From the NCBI GenBank assembly GCA_036378185.1, contig DASUWX010000012.1, positions 2,890 through 66,889 of the forward strand: 64,000 bases of DNA, in the 5' to 3' direction. The notes below the pieces were generated by a model. That model did not search any database, was not told the DNA's origin, and saw only the letters and a list, made by a program, of their open reading frames with translations. Below, one piece after another: positions 46,987-55,456 of this stretch. Position 1 is the stretch's first letter; every line of letters begins with the position of its first letter. A program made the translations under genes and the position numbers. Source of the stretch: Streptosporangiales bacterium (GTDB lineage Bacteria; Actinomycetota; Actinomycetes; Streptosporangiales; WHST01).

Positions 46987-47115
46987 TGGGCGGGTCCGAA
47001 AGTGTGACACACGCCACATCCGCCCCCCGAGACATCCGGGTGCCCCGCCGGGTCAACGTCCCGAAGCCGCCGGCCGGTACCGGTCGGGGGAGACGTCAGC
47101 GAGGAGTTCGTTCCG

Positions 47116-47460
47116 ATGTCCACTGCACATCTCGTCGTCACGATCCTGGCGGCCGCCTGGGTGGCCTTCTCGGCCGTCTCGTTGTTCGCCCACGCGAAAT
47201 GGGTCGTGGAACCGTTGGCCGAGTACGGAGTGCCGAGGTCCTGGTGGCCGTGGCTGGGAACGGCGAAGGCAGCGGGGGCCCTGGGCATGCTGGTCGGCCT
47301 GTTCGTGCCGGTGATCGGCGTGCTGGCCGCCGTCGGGCTGGTCCTGTACTTCATCGGCGCGGTCGTCACCGTGGTCCGGGCCCGCTCGTACGCGCACATC
47401 CCGTTCCCGCTGCTGTACCTCGTCCCGGTCGCCGTCGCGTTCACGCTCGGCCAGTTGTGA
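47116..47460 (+). CDS. DoxX-family small membrane protein
   Basis: 114 aa with 3-4 TM helices. The pattern PRSWWPWLGTAKAAGALGMLVG is typical of DoxX-like proteins. GAGGAG RBS. Confidence 0.7.
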   Translation: MSTAHLVVTILAAAWVAFSAVSLFAHAKWVVEPLAEYGVPRSWWPWLGTAKAAGALGMLVGLFVPVIGVLAAVGLVLYFIGAVVTVVRARSYAHIPFPLLYLVPVAVAFTLGQL

Positions 47461-47496
47461 GCGGCGCGCCGCCGTAGGACGCCGGGCTGCCCGCGC

Positions 47497-47523
47497 TGTC
47501 ACGCCCGGGACACGTGCCGCGTC
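47497..47523 (+). promoter_or_regulatory. ECF41-type promoter candidate upstream of the second sigma gene
   Basis: TGTCACG-N16-CGTC, again with exactly 37 nt between CGTC and ATG 47561. Confidence 0.5.
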
Positions 47524-47560
47524 TTGAGAGGGGAATCCGACTCTCCGGAAAGGCGCTGGC

Positions 47561-48508
47561 ATGGGTGCTGATGTCGAGGAGTTCCTCCGGTTGCGTCCGC
47601 TGCTGTTCTCGATCGCGTACAACATGACGGGCAGCGTGGCCGACGCGGAGGACATCGTGTCCGAGGCGTTCCTCCGCCTGCACGGCGCACGCGCCGAGGG
47701 CGTGGCGGTGGAGTCGCTGAAGCCGTACCTGTCGACCGTCGTGTCGCGGCTCTCGATCAGCCACCTCCGGTCGGCGCGGGTACGGCGGGAGCGGTACTTC
47801 GGCACCTGGCTGCCCGAGCCGCTCGTGGCCGAGCAGACCTCCGTCGCCGACCTGTCCGACTCGCTGTCCCTCGCGCTCCTGGTCGTGCTGGAGAACCTCA
47901 CTCCCGTGGAGCGGGCGGTGTTCCTGCTGCACGACATCTTCGACTTCGAGTACGCGGACGTCGCCGGGGTGGTGGGGAAGACCGAGGTGAACTGCCGGCA
48001 GATCGCCACCCGTGCCCGCCGGCACATCGACGCGCGACGGCCGCGCTTCGAGGCGCCGCCCCAACAGCGCACGGCGCTCGCCGACCGCTTCTTCGCCGCC
48101 GTCGAGAACGGCGACGTCGACGGCCTGGTCGACATGCTCGCCGCCGACGTCGTGATGTACGGGGACGGGGGCGGTCGCGGCCCGTCCCTGCCGCTACCGG
48201 TGTACGGGCGACACAGGACGCTGCGGCTGCTCGAGGTGCTGTCGGCCACGTTGCGGCGCTTCGACCTGCACCTCGACCGCGGGTCGGTGAACGGGCAGCC
48301 TGGCGCGCTCGTGCGCGACGGATCCGGCGCACTGCTCAACGTCCTGTCCGTCGACGTGTTCGGCGGCCGGGTGCAGACGGTCCACTCGATCCTCAACCCC
48401 GACAAGCTCGGGCACCTCGCCCCGCTCGTCGGGCCGGACCATCCGCTGCGCCGCACCGGAACCCGGCGCGCGAGCCCGGACCCGGGTGTGTCACAACGCG
48501 GCCGGTGA
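47561..48508 (+). CDS. ECF sigma factor with fused C-terminal SnoaL-like domain (ECF41/SigJ-type), second copy
   Basis: LFSIAYNMTGSVADAEDIVSEAF, LTPVERAVFLLHDIFDFEYADVA, WLPEP, GDGGGRG, NPDKL. Confidence 0.85.
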   Translation: MGADVEEFLRLRPLLFSIAYNMTGSVADAEDIVSEAFLRLHGARAEGVAVESLKPYLSTVVSRLSISHLRSARVRRERYFGTWLPEPLVAEQTSVADLSDSLSLALLVVLENLTPVERAVFLLHDIFDFEYADVAGVVGKTEVNCRQIATRARRHIDARRPRFEAPPQQRTALADRFFAAVENGDVDGLVDMLAADVVMYGDGGGRGPSLPLPVYGRHRTLRLLEVLSATLRRFDLHLDRGSVNGQPGALVRDGSGALLNVLSVDVFGGRVQTVHSILNPDKLGHLAPLVGPDHPLRRTGTRRASPDPGVSQRGR

Positions 48509-48515
48509 CTGCGTC
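48489..48515 (+). promoter_or_regulatory. ECF41-type promoter candidate upstream of the NDH-2-like oxidoreductase gene
   Basis: Exact TGTCACA-N16-CGTC. The -35 lies inside the last codons of the sigma gene and the spacer spans its stop. 37 nt lie between CGTC and ATG 48553. Confidence 0.6.
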
Positions 48516-48552
48516 TGAGAGGGCACACGCGTTGCGAGGAAAGAGGTTCGAG

Positions 48553-49773
48553 ATGCATGACGTGCTCGTGTTGGGTGCCGGATACGCAGGTCTGGTCGCG
48601 GCGAAACGGCTCGCCAGGCAGGTACACGCCGACGAGGTGACGGTGACGCTGGTGACCGCGTTCCCCGACTTCGTCGAACGCCCGCGACTGCACCAGGTCG
48701 CGACGGGGCAACGGATCAGGCCCGTTCCCGTGGCGGGCTTCCTGGCCGGCACCGGTGTCCGTCTGGTGGTCGCCTCGGTGACCGACATCGATCTCGCCGG
48801 ACGCACCGTCGCGGCCGTCCGCGACGGCGAACCCGAGGTGATCCCGTACGACACCCTGGTCTACGCCCTGGGCAGCAACATCGACGTCGCGCGGGTGCCG
48901 GGTGTCGCCGCGCACGCCCACAGTCTGGTCGGCAGGGACGCGGCCGACCGGGTACAGGTCCGCCTGCACGAGGTCGCCGAGCGGGAGGGCCGGGTCGTCG
49001 TCTGCGGTGGCGGGTTGACCGGGATCGAGATCGCGACGGAGGTCGCGGAGTACTCGCCGGCTCTCCGGGTGACCCTCGTGAGCGGGAGCGAGCCCGGTGC
49101 CTGGTTGTCGGGGAAGGCGCGCGCGTACATGCGGCGGGCCTTCGACGACCTGGGCGTGCGGGTCCGCAGCGGTGCGCGGGTCCGGGAGGTGCACGCCGAC
49201 GCGGTCGAGCTCGACGACGGCCGGCGCGTCCCGTTCGAGCTCTGCCTGTGGGCGGGTGGGTTCCGCGTGCCCGCGCTCGCGCGCACCAGCGGTCTCGCGG
49301 TGAACAGCGAGGACCGTGCGCTGGTGGACGAGACGCTCGAGTCGGTGTCGCATCCGGGAGTGTACGTGATCGGTGACGCCGCCGCCGTCGCCGGATCGTG
49401 GGGTACGGAGCTCGCGATGGGGTGCCGGAGCGGTGGCTTCACGGGGCCGCAGGTCGCCGACGTGATCGCCGCCCGGCTCGCCGGACGGGAGCCGAAGCCG
49501 TTCCGGTTCCGCTACGTCCACGAGTGCATCAGCCTGGGCCGGCGACACGGCCTCGTCCAGTTCCTGGACGCCGACGAGACGCCGAAGACGCGGATACTCA
49601 CCGGGCGGGCCGCCATCGCGTACAAGAACATGACCCTCAACGGGGCCAAGCTCCTGTTCCGGCACGCGGGGCCCGTGCTCGCGCGCCGCCGCCACGTCGC
49701 GCCGGGCTCGCACGACCTGCGACGCGGGTCCGCGTCCGCCGGCCGCGGACAAGTCGTCGCCGGACCCTGGTGA
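48553..49773 (+). CDS. NAD(P)/FAD-dependent oxidoreductase (NDH-2-like)
   Basis: ATG 48553 follows AGGAAAGAGG. Two dinucleotide folds are present: VLVLGAGYAGLVAA and VVVCGGGLTGIEIA. GDAA motif. Confidence 0.85.
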   Translation: MHDVLVLGAGYAGLVAAKRLARQVHADEVTVTLVTAFPDFVERPRLHQVATGQRIRPVPVAGFLAGTGVRLVVASVTDIDLAGRTVAAVRDGEPEVIPYDTLVYALGSNIDVARVPGVAAHAHSLVGRDAADRVQVRLHEVAEREGRVVVCGGGLTGIEIATEVAEYSPALRVTLVSGSEPGAWLSGKARAYMRRAFDDLGVRVRSGARVREVHADAVELDDGRRVPFELCLWAGGFRVPALARTSGLAVNSEDRALVDETLESVSHPGVYVIGDAAAVAGSWGTELAMGCRSGGFTGPQVADVIAARLAGREPKPFRFRYVHECISLGRRHGLVQFLDADETPKTRILTGRAAIAYKNMTLNGAKLLFRHAGPVLARRRHVAPGSHDLRRGSASAGRGQVVAGPW

Positions 49774-49822
49774 CGGCTTCCATATAGTCGTAGCCGGGCC
49801 ACGGACACGAGGAGGCGGCACC

Positions 49823-50569
49823 TTGCGGATCGCAGTCGTCGGAGCGACCGGTCAGATCGGCACCCGCACCGTCGCGGCGCTCGAACGAGCCGGCCACGAC
49901 GCCGTACGGATCAGCCGGTCCCTCGGCGTCGACGTCTACGCCGGCACGGGTCTCGCCGGCGCACTCGAGGGCGTCGACGCGGTGGTCGACTCGTCCAACA
50001 CGAGCTCCACCGACCGCGCGGAGGTGCTGGACTTCTTCACCACCAGCACCGCGAACCTGCTCGACGCGGAGCGGGCCGCGGGTGTACGCCACCACGTGTT
50101 GCTGTCCATCGTCGGGATCGACCGCGGGCAGCGCAACTTCCACTACGACGGCAAGCGCGCGCAGGAGCGCCTCGTCACCGAAGGACCGGTGCCCTGGACC
50201 ATCCTGCGCGCGACGCAGTTCCACGACTTCGCCGAGACGGCCGTCGGCTGGACCGAGCAGGACGGCAGCGCGACCGTCGCGCCGCTGCTCATCCAGCCGG
50301 TCGCGCCGGCCGACGTCGCCGACGTGCTCGCCGAGCTCGCGACCGGTGAGCCGCACCTGGGGCGCATCGAACTCGCCGGGCCGCAGACCGAGGACCTCGT
50401 GGACATGGCCCGCCGTGCCCTGGCGGCCCGCGGCCGGGCGGTCAGGCTGGTCCCGACCTGGCGTGGCAGGTTCGACGTGTCGATGGCGGGCGAGGTGCAG
50501 TTGCCGGGCGACGGCGCCCGCATCGGGCCGACCAGCTTCGACGACTGGCTCGCCGACGGCATGCGCTGA
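49823..50569 (+). CDS. NmrA-like/atypical SDR NAD(P)H-binding protein
   Basis: TTG start after GGAGG. IAVVGATGQIGTRTVAAL. Confidence 0.8.
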   Translation: MRIAVVGATGQIGTRTVAALERAGHDAVRISRSLGVDVYAGTGLAGALEGVDAVVDSSNTSSTDRAEVLDFFTTSTANLLDAERAAGVRHHVLLSIVGIDRGQRNFHYDGKRAQERLVTEGPVPWTILRATQFHDFAETAVGWTEQDGSATVAPLLIQPVAPADVADVLAELATGEPHLGRIELAGPQTEDLVDMARRALAARGRAVRLVPTWRGRFDVSMAGEVQLPGDGARIGPTSFDDWLADGMR

Positions 50570-50593
50570 CAGCCGCGGACGGCCGGGACCAGG

Positions 50594-51160
50594 GTGAGCG
50601 TCTACAACTGGGGCGGGACCGCCGCCGAACACGCGCGGCGATACCCGTGCGACGACTACCTGCCCCGGCCGAACGTCCGGATCACCCGGGCGATCACCGT
50701 CCACGCGCCGGCCGCGACCGTGTACCGGTGGTTCTGCCAGATCTCGATCGCGCCGTACAGCTACGACCTGATCGACAACCGGGGCCGGCGCAGCCCCAGG
50801 CGGCTCGTCCCGGGCGCGGACGCGCTGGTCGTCGGACAACGCGTGGGCGTCTTCCGACTCGTCGACATCGAGCCCGGGCGGCAGTTCTCCGGCGTGTTCC
50901 ACCCGGCGGCCCGGCGGGTGTTCGGGCCCGGCGCCGGCACGTACGCCGCCGAGCCGATCGACACGGCGAGCTGCCGGCTGCTCTGCCGGTTCGTCCTGAG
51001 CCGCAGCGGGCTGGGCCGGCTGCGGGCCCCGCTGCTCGCCGCCGGCGATCTCGTCATGGTGCGCAAGCAGTTCCACACCTTCAAGGCCCTCGCCGAGCGC
51101 GATGCGGCGCGCGGCGAGCGGGGCGACGGGGCGTCGTCCGGCACACGACGACACGGTTAG
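50594..51160 (+). CDS. SRPBCC-like (polyketide cyclase/START fold) hypothetical protein
   Basis: The pattern ITVHAPAATVYRWFCQISIAPYSYDLIDNRGRRSP...FRLVDIEPGR resembles actinobacterial SRPBCC proteins. By eye only. Confidence 0.55.
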   Translation: MSVYNWGGTAAEHARRYPCDDYLPRPNVRITRAITVHAPAATVYRWFCQISIAPYSYDLIDNRGRRSPRRLVPGADALVVGQRVGVFRLVDIEPGRQFSGVFHPAARRVFGPGAGTYAAEPIDTASCRLLCRFVLSRSGLGRLRAPLLAAGDLVMVRKQFHTFKALAERDAARGERGDGASSGTRRHG

Positions 51161-51169
51161 GCTCACCAC

Positions 51170-51367
51170 ATGGCTGACGGCAGCGACCTCCCGCGATACC
51201 GCGTGCTCACCGGACCCGACGACGCCGCCTTCTGCTGGCGGGTCAGCGAAGCGCTCGACCTCGGGTACGAGCTGCACGGCTCGCCTTCGCTGACCTTCGA
51301 CGGCGACCGCGTGATCGTGGCCCAGGCGCTCGTCCGCCGTGCCGACACCGGTCCGCGCCCGGTCTGA
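51170..51367 (+). CDS. DUF1737-like small protein
   Basis: 65 aa. YRVLTGPDDAAFCWRVSEALDLGYELHGSPSLTFDG matches my recollection of DUF1737. Confidence 0.55.
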   Translation: MADGSDLPRYRVLTGPDDAAFCWRVSEALDLGYELHGSPSLTFDGDRVIVAQALVRRADTGPRPV

Positions 51368-51485
51368 ACGCGGGTGAGGCGCGTCGGGACGGCGGGGCGG
51401 CGGCCGGGCGGACGCTGACCGAGCCGTCGGTACCGACCGCGCCGAGATCGTCGGCGGATCGGTCCGGGGGCAGGGAGGGTGAGCC

Positions 51486-52226
51486 GTGTTCACGGTCGCT
51501 GAGCGGGTACGCGTCCGGGACGCGCTGGTCGAACTGGCCCGCGAAGACCGGCGGATCACCGGTGCCGCGATCACCGGGTCCGGAGCGGTGGGGCGCGAGG
51601 ACGAGTGGTCCGACGTGGATCTCGCGCTCTGCCTCGCCCCTGACGCCGACACCGACGAGGTCGTCGCGGAGTGGACCCGGGTGCTCTACGAACGGTGCGC
51701 CGCGGTGCATCACGTCGACGTCGTCAGCGGTCACACGCTCTTCCGCGTCTTCCTGCTCGCGAGCACGCTGCAGGTCGACGTCGCGTTCTGGCCCGCGGAC
51801 GAGTTCGGGCCGACCGCGCCCACGTTCCGGCTGCTGTTCGGCACGGCCAACGAGCGCCCGCGGCCGACGGCACCCGACGCCGCGGATCTGGTCGGCATGA
51901 CGTGGCTGTACGCGCTGCACGCGAGGTCCAGCATCGAACGCGGGCGCGGGTGGCAGGCCGAGTACATGATCAGCGGTGTCCGCGACCACGTGCTCGCGTT
52001 GCAGTGCCTGCGGCACGGCGTCCCCACCGCGCAGGGCCGCGGCATCGACCAGGTGCCGGACGAGGTGACCGCGCCCGTCGCGGACACCCTGGTCAGCTCG
52101 CTCGAGCCCGCCGAGCTGCGGCGCGCGTTCCGCGCCGCCGTCGACGCGCTGCTCGCCGAGGCGCGTCTCGTCGACCCCGGGCTGGCCGCCCGCCTGCACG
52201 ACCCTCTCCGGGAGCTCGCCGGCTGA
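51486..52226 (+). CDS. Nucleotidyltransferase-domain protein
   Basis: GSGAVGREDEWSDVDLAL minimal NTase motif (GS...D.D) plus a helical C-terminal domain. Confidence 0.7.
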   Translation: MFTVAERVRVRDALVELAREDRRITGAAITGSGAVGREDEWSDVDLALCLAPDADTDEVVAEWTRVLYERCAAVHHVDVVSGHTLFRVFLLASTLQVDVAFWPADEFGPTAPTFRLLFGTANERPRPTAPDAADLVGMTWLYALHARSSIERGRGWQAEYMISGVRDHVLALQCLRHGVPTAQGRGIDQVPDEVTAPVADTLVSSLEPAELRRAFRAAVDALLAEARLVDPGLAARLHDPLRELAG

Positions 52227-52334
52227 GCAGGCGCCGCAGGACAGGCGGCGTTCACGGCGACGCAAGCCGGGCGTCGTCAGGGCGCCATCTGGACGTGGGA
52301 CGGTTCCGGTGCCCTCACCTGGAGGAGCACGTCC

Positions 52335-53417
52335 ATGCGCGACCGGAAGCTCGTCGCCGTCGCGGGCGCACTCGCGGCCGCCTGTATCGCCGCCACCGTG
52401 AGCTGGCAGGCCGCCGAAGCGGGTCAGCCGCGACAGGCGAGTGTCGGCGCCAGGCCTTACGAGATCGGGCTGTTCGGCGACATGCCGTACGGAGACACCG
52501 GACGTGCGCAGTAACCGAACGTGCTCGCGGACATGAACCGGCACGAGCTGGCGTTCTCCGCGTTCGACGGCGACATCAAGAACGGCAGTGAGCCGTGCTA
52601 CGCCGACGTCGACGGCTCGGCCCAGGCGGCCGGCAGGCCGGACATCTACAAGTACGCGCTGCAGCGGTTCGACCAGCTCGACGCACCCGTCGTCGTGGTA
52701 CCGGGCGACAACGAGTGGACCGACTGCGACCGCCCGTCGACAGCGGGCCCGACGTTCGACGCCGTCCAGCGGCTCGGGTACGAGCGGCAGGTGTTCTACC
52801 CGACCGACCAGAGCCTCGGGCGGCGGACGCTCACGCTCACCAGGCAGAGCGCCGCGTACCCGGAGAACGTCCGCTGGACCTACGGGCAGGTGACGTACGT
52901 GGGCCTGAACGTGCCGGGCAGCGACAACGACTTCATTCCCGACGGTGACACGAGCGACGGCCCGCAGGCCGAGGCGAACGCCGAGTACGCGGCGCGGAAC
53001 GCCGCCAACCTGCGGTGGATCCACCAGTCCTTCGCCGCGGCGGAGGCGAGCAGGTCGAAGGCGGTGATGCTGGTGCTCCAGGCGGACATGTTCGGGGACT
53101 CCCCCGACGACCCCGCAGGCACGACCGCGGACCCGACCGACCACTTCGCCGACACCAAGGCCGCCCTGGCGCGGGAAGCGGCCGCGTACGGCAAGCCCGT
53201 CGTCCTCGTCAACGGCGACAGTCACTTCCTCACCATCGACAAGCCGCTCACCGACGACGCGGGCAACGTCATCATGAACGTCACGCGCGTGATGACCTTC
53301 GGCAGCGCGCTGAACCACTGGGTGAGTGCGACCGTCGACACGCGGGACCCGCAGGTGTTCACGTTCCACCAGCACGTCGTGGCCGCGAACGTGCCCACGT
53401 ACCGGTTCAACGGCTAG
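52335..53417 (+). pseudogene. Secreted calcineurin-like metallophosphoesterase interrupted by an in-frame TAA (52512-52514)
   Basis: GGAGGA RBS, ATG 52335, signal-like LVAVAGALAAACIAA and GDMPYG metal motif. Then RAQ-TAA-PNVLADMN continues in the same frame into ORF 52521..53417 (GDNEWTDC, VNGDSHF). Confidence 0.7.
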
Positions 53418-53447
53418 CGGGGCGCCGGCCCCCCGTAGGCTGGCGGG

Positions 53448-55103
53448 GTGGTCAAGGTCCGCCCTCGGGGACGCCTGGTCGACCGGCTCGCCGGGCGGGT
53501 GCTCGGGCTGGGGCGCCCGACGACGGCTTACGTCGTGGGGCGTGGCGCACGGGTGCCGATGCGGGACGGGGTGATGCTCGCCGCCGATCTCTACCGTCCG
53601 GTGTCGCCGCCGCTCGGCACGGTGCTCGTGCGGGGGCCGTACGGGCGAGGGCTCTCGCAGTCGCTGCTCAGCGCCCGCGTCTTCGCGGCCCGCGGCTACC
53701 AGGTGTTGTTCGTCAGCAGCCGCGGCACGTTCGGGTCCGGAGGCGTGTTCACGCCGATGCTCTCGGAGGCGGAGGACGGGCAGGACGTCGTCGCGTGGAT
53801 GCGCCGCCAGAGCTGGTTCACGGGGACGTTCGCGACGATCGGCCTGTCGTACCTCGGGTACACGCAGTGGGCGCTGCTGGCCGATCCGCCGCCGGAACTC
53901 GTCGCCGCCGTGGTCGCGGTCGGCCCGCACGACTTCAGCCGGCACCACTGGGGCACCGGCGCCTTCAATCTCGACGCCCTCGGCTGGAGCGACCTGATCG
54001 CCCACCAGCAGGACGCGGCGTTGGCGCACCTGTTCCACCTCGCGACCAGCGCCCGGCGGCTGCGGCCGGTGCTCGACGCGGTGCCACTGGTCGACGCGGC
54101 CGAACGGCACTTCGCCGGTCGTGCGCCCTGGTACCGCGAGGTGGTCACCCACCCCGACCCGGACGACGCGTTCTGGGCGCCGATGCGGCACACCGAGGCC
54201 CTCGACCGCGTGACCGTGCCGGTTCTCCTCATCGGCGGCTGGCAGGACATCTTCCTGCCCCAGACCGTACAGCAGTACGCCCGGCTGCGCGAACGCGACG
54301 TCGACGTCGCGCTGACGATCGGTCCGTGGAGCCACCAGGACCTGGTGGGGAAGGGGGCACCCGCCGTCGCGCAGGAGACCTTGACCTGGCTCGACGAGCA
54401 CCTGGCACACCGCGCCGGCCGGCGCCGGTCCACACCGGTCGCCGTGTACGTCACAGGTGCGCGACGCTGGCGCCGGCACCGCGCATGGCCGCCGCCGACG
54501 ACGCCGCACGCCCTCTACCTGCGTACCGGCGGAGCGCTGTCCCCGGACGCGCCGAGCCGCGCCGAGCGGCCCTCGACCTTTACCTTCGACCCGGCGGATC
54601 CCACGCCGACAGTCGGCGGACCCACGTTGACCGGGGGCGGCTATTGCGACGACACCGCGCTGTCGGAACGGACCGACGTGCTCGCCTTCACCGGCCCGGT
54701 GCTCGACGCCGACCTCGACGTGCTCGGTCCGCCGGCCGTCGAGCTCGAGCACGAGGGCGACAACCCGCACGCGGACCTGTTCGTCCGGCTCAGCGACGTC
54801 GACAGCCAGGGCAGGTCCCACAACGTCACCGAGGGGTACGTCCGGCTCGACCCGGCGCGCGCGACCGGCGGCGTGTCCGTCCGTATGCGGGACACGGCGC
54901 ACAGCTTCGTGGCGGGGCACCGGGTGCGGCTCCTCGTCGCGGGCGGTTCGCATCCGCAGTACGCGCGCAACCTCGGTACGGGTGAGCATCCGGGCACCGG
55001 CAAGGGCTTCCAGCCCGCGAGGCACGTGCTCCGGCACGACGCCGACCGCCCGTCGTGCGTGGTGCTCCCGGTCGCGGCGAGCGGCGCCGACCGCGCCGGG
55101 TGA
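53448..55103 (+). CDS. CocE/NonD-family hydrolase (X-Pro dipeptidyl-peptidase S15-like)
   Basis: VPMRDGVMLAADLYRP, SSRGTFGSGG, and GLSYLGYTQW nucleophile elbow, plus a C-terminal beta-sandwich. Confidence 0.85.
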   Translation: MVKVRPRGRLVDRLAGRVLGLGRPTTAYVVGRGARVPMRDGVMLAADLYRPVSPPLGTVLVRGPYGRGLSQSLLSARVFAARGYQVLFVSSRGTFGSGGVFTPMLSEAEDGQDVVAWMRRQSWFTGTFATIGLSYLGYTQWALLADPPPELVAAVVAVGPHDFSRHHWGTGAFNLDALGWSDLIAHQQDAALAHLFHLATSARRLRPVLDAVPLVDAAERHFAGRAPWYREVVTHPDPDDAFWAPMRHTEALDRVTVPVLLIGGWQDIFLPQTVQQYARLRERDVDVALTIGPWSHQDLVGKGAPAVAQETLTWLDEHLAHRAGRRRSTPVAVYVTGARRWRRHRAWPPPTTPHALYLRTGGALSPDAPSRAERPSTFTFDPADPTPTVGGPTLTGGGYCDDTALSERTDVLAFTGPVLDADLDVLGPPAVELEHEGDNPHADLFVRLSDVDSQGRSHNVTEGYVRLDPARATGGVSVRMRDTAHSFVAGHRVRLLVAGGSHPQYARNLGTGEHPGTGKGFQPARHVLRHDADRPSCVVLPVAASGADRAG

Positions 55104-55456
55104 GGCTCGGACCAGGCCGGGGAGAGACCGCCGGCGAGGGCCCGTACGCGCTGCGATCCCGGCGAGCCGCAACGGGGGCTGCCGCGCAGCGCCGTGAGGA
55201 CCGCCGCGGTGTCGATCTCGCGCGGTAGCAGGCATTCCGGAGCGATCCGCACAGGTTCGCGGCCGGCGGCCGGTCGCGCGCCGTAGCTCCTCCTGGCCGC
55301 CTCTTGACGGACGCACGCCGCCGGGCGCAAAGTATCAAAGGACTTTTCGAAACATCGTTACTTATTCGGACCGGCCGAGTGGGACCGAGGCCTGTTCGCC
55401 GCAGTGACGTGGGGTGCTCGGCGGCCCGCTCGACCACAGCGTGGGGAGTAGCCGTG

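Noticed and set aside
47461-47472. Perfect 12-bp palindrome GCGGCGCGCCGC right after the DoxX stop, considered as a terminator.
   Set aside because: It has no loop and no flanking stem extension, and such GC palindromes are frequent in this composition.
52512-52514. Possibility that the in-frame stop in the phosphoesterase is recoded (selenocysteine, pyrrolysine or readthrough).
   Set aside because: The codon is TAA, whereas Sec uses TGA and Pyl uses TAG. No SECIS-like hairpin follows. A nonsense mutation or a sequencing error is far more likely.
51243-55316. 1357-aa minus-strand ORF, and similar giants (18061..20964 -, 47053..49821 -, 49637..51652 -, 55670..58393 -, 8087..9277 +).
   Set aside because: Their translations are Arg/Pro/Gly/Ala-rich low-complexity with no motifs. 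They lie antisense or off-frame to ORFs with clear domains. These are the classic stop-poor shadow frames of very GC-rich DNA.
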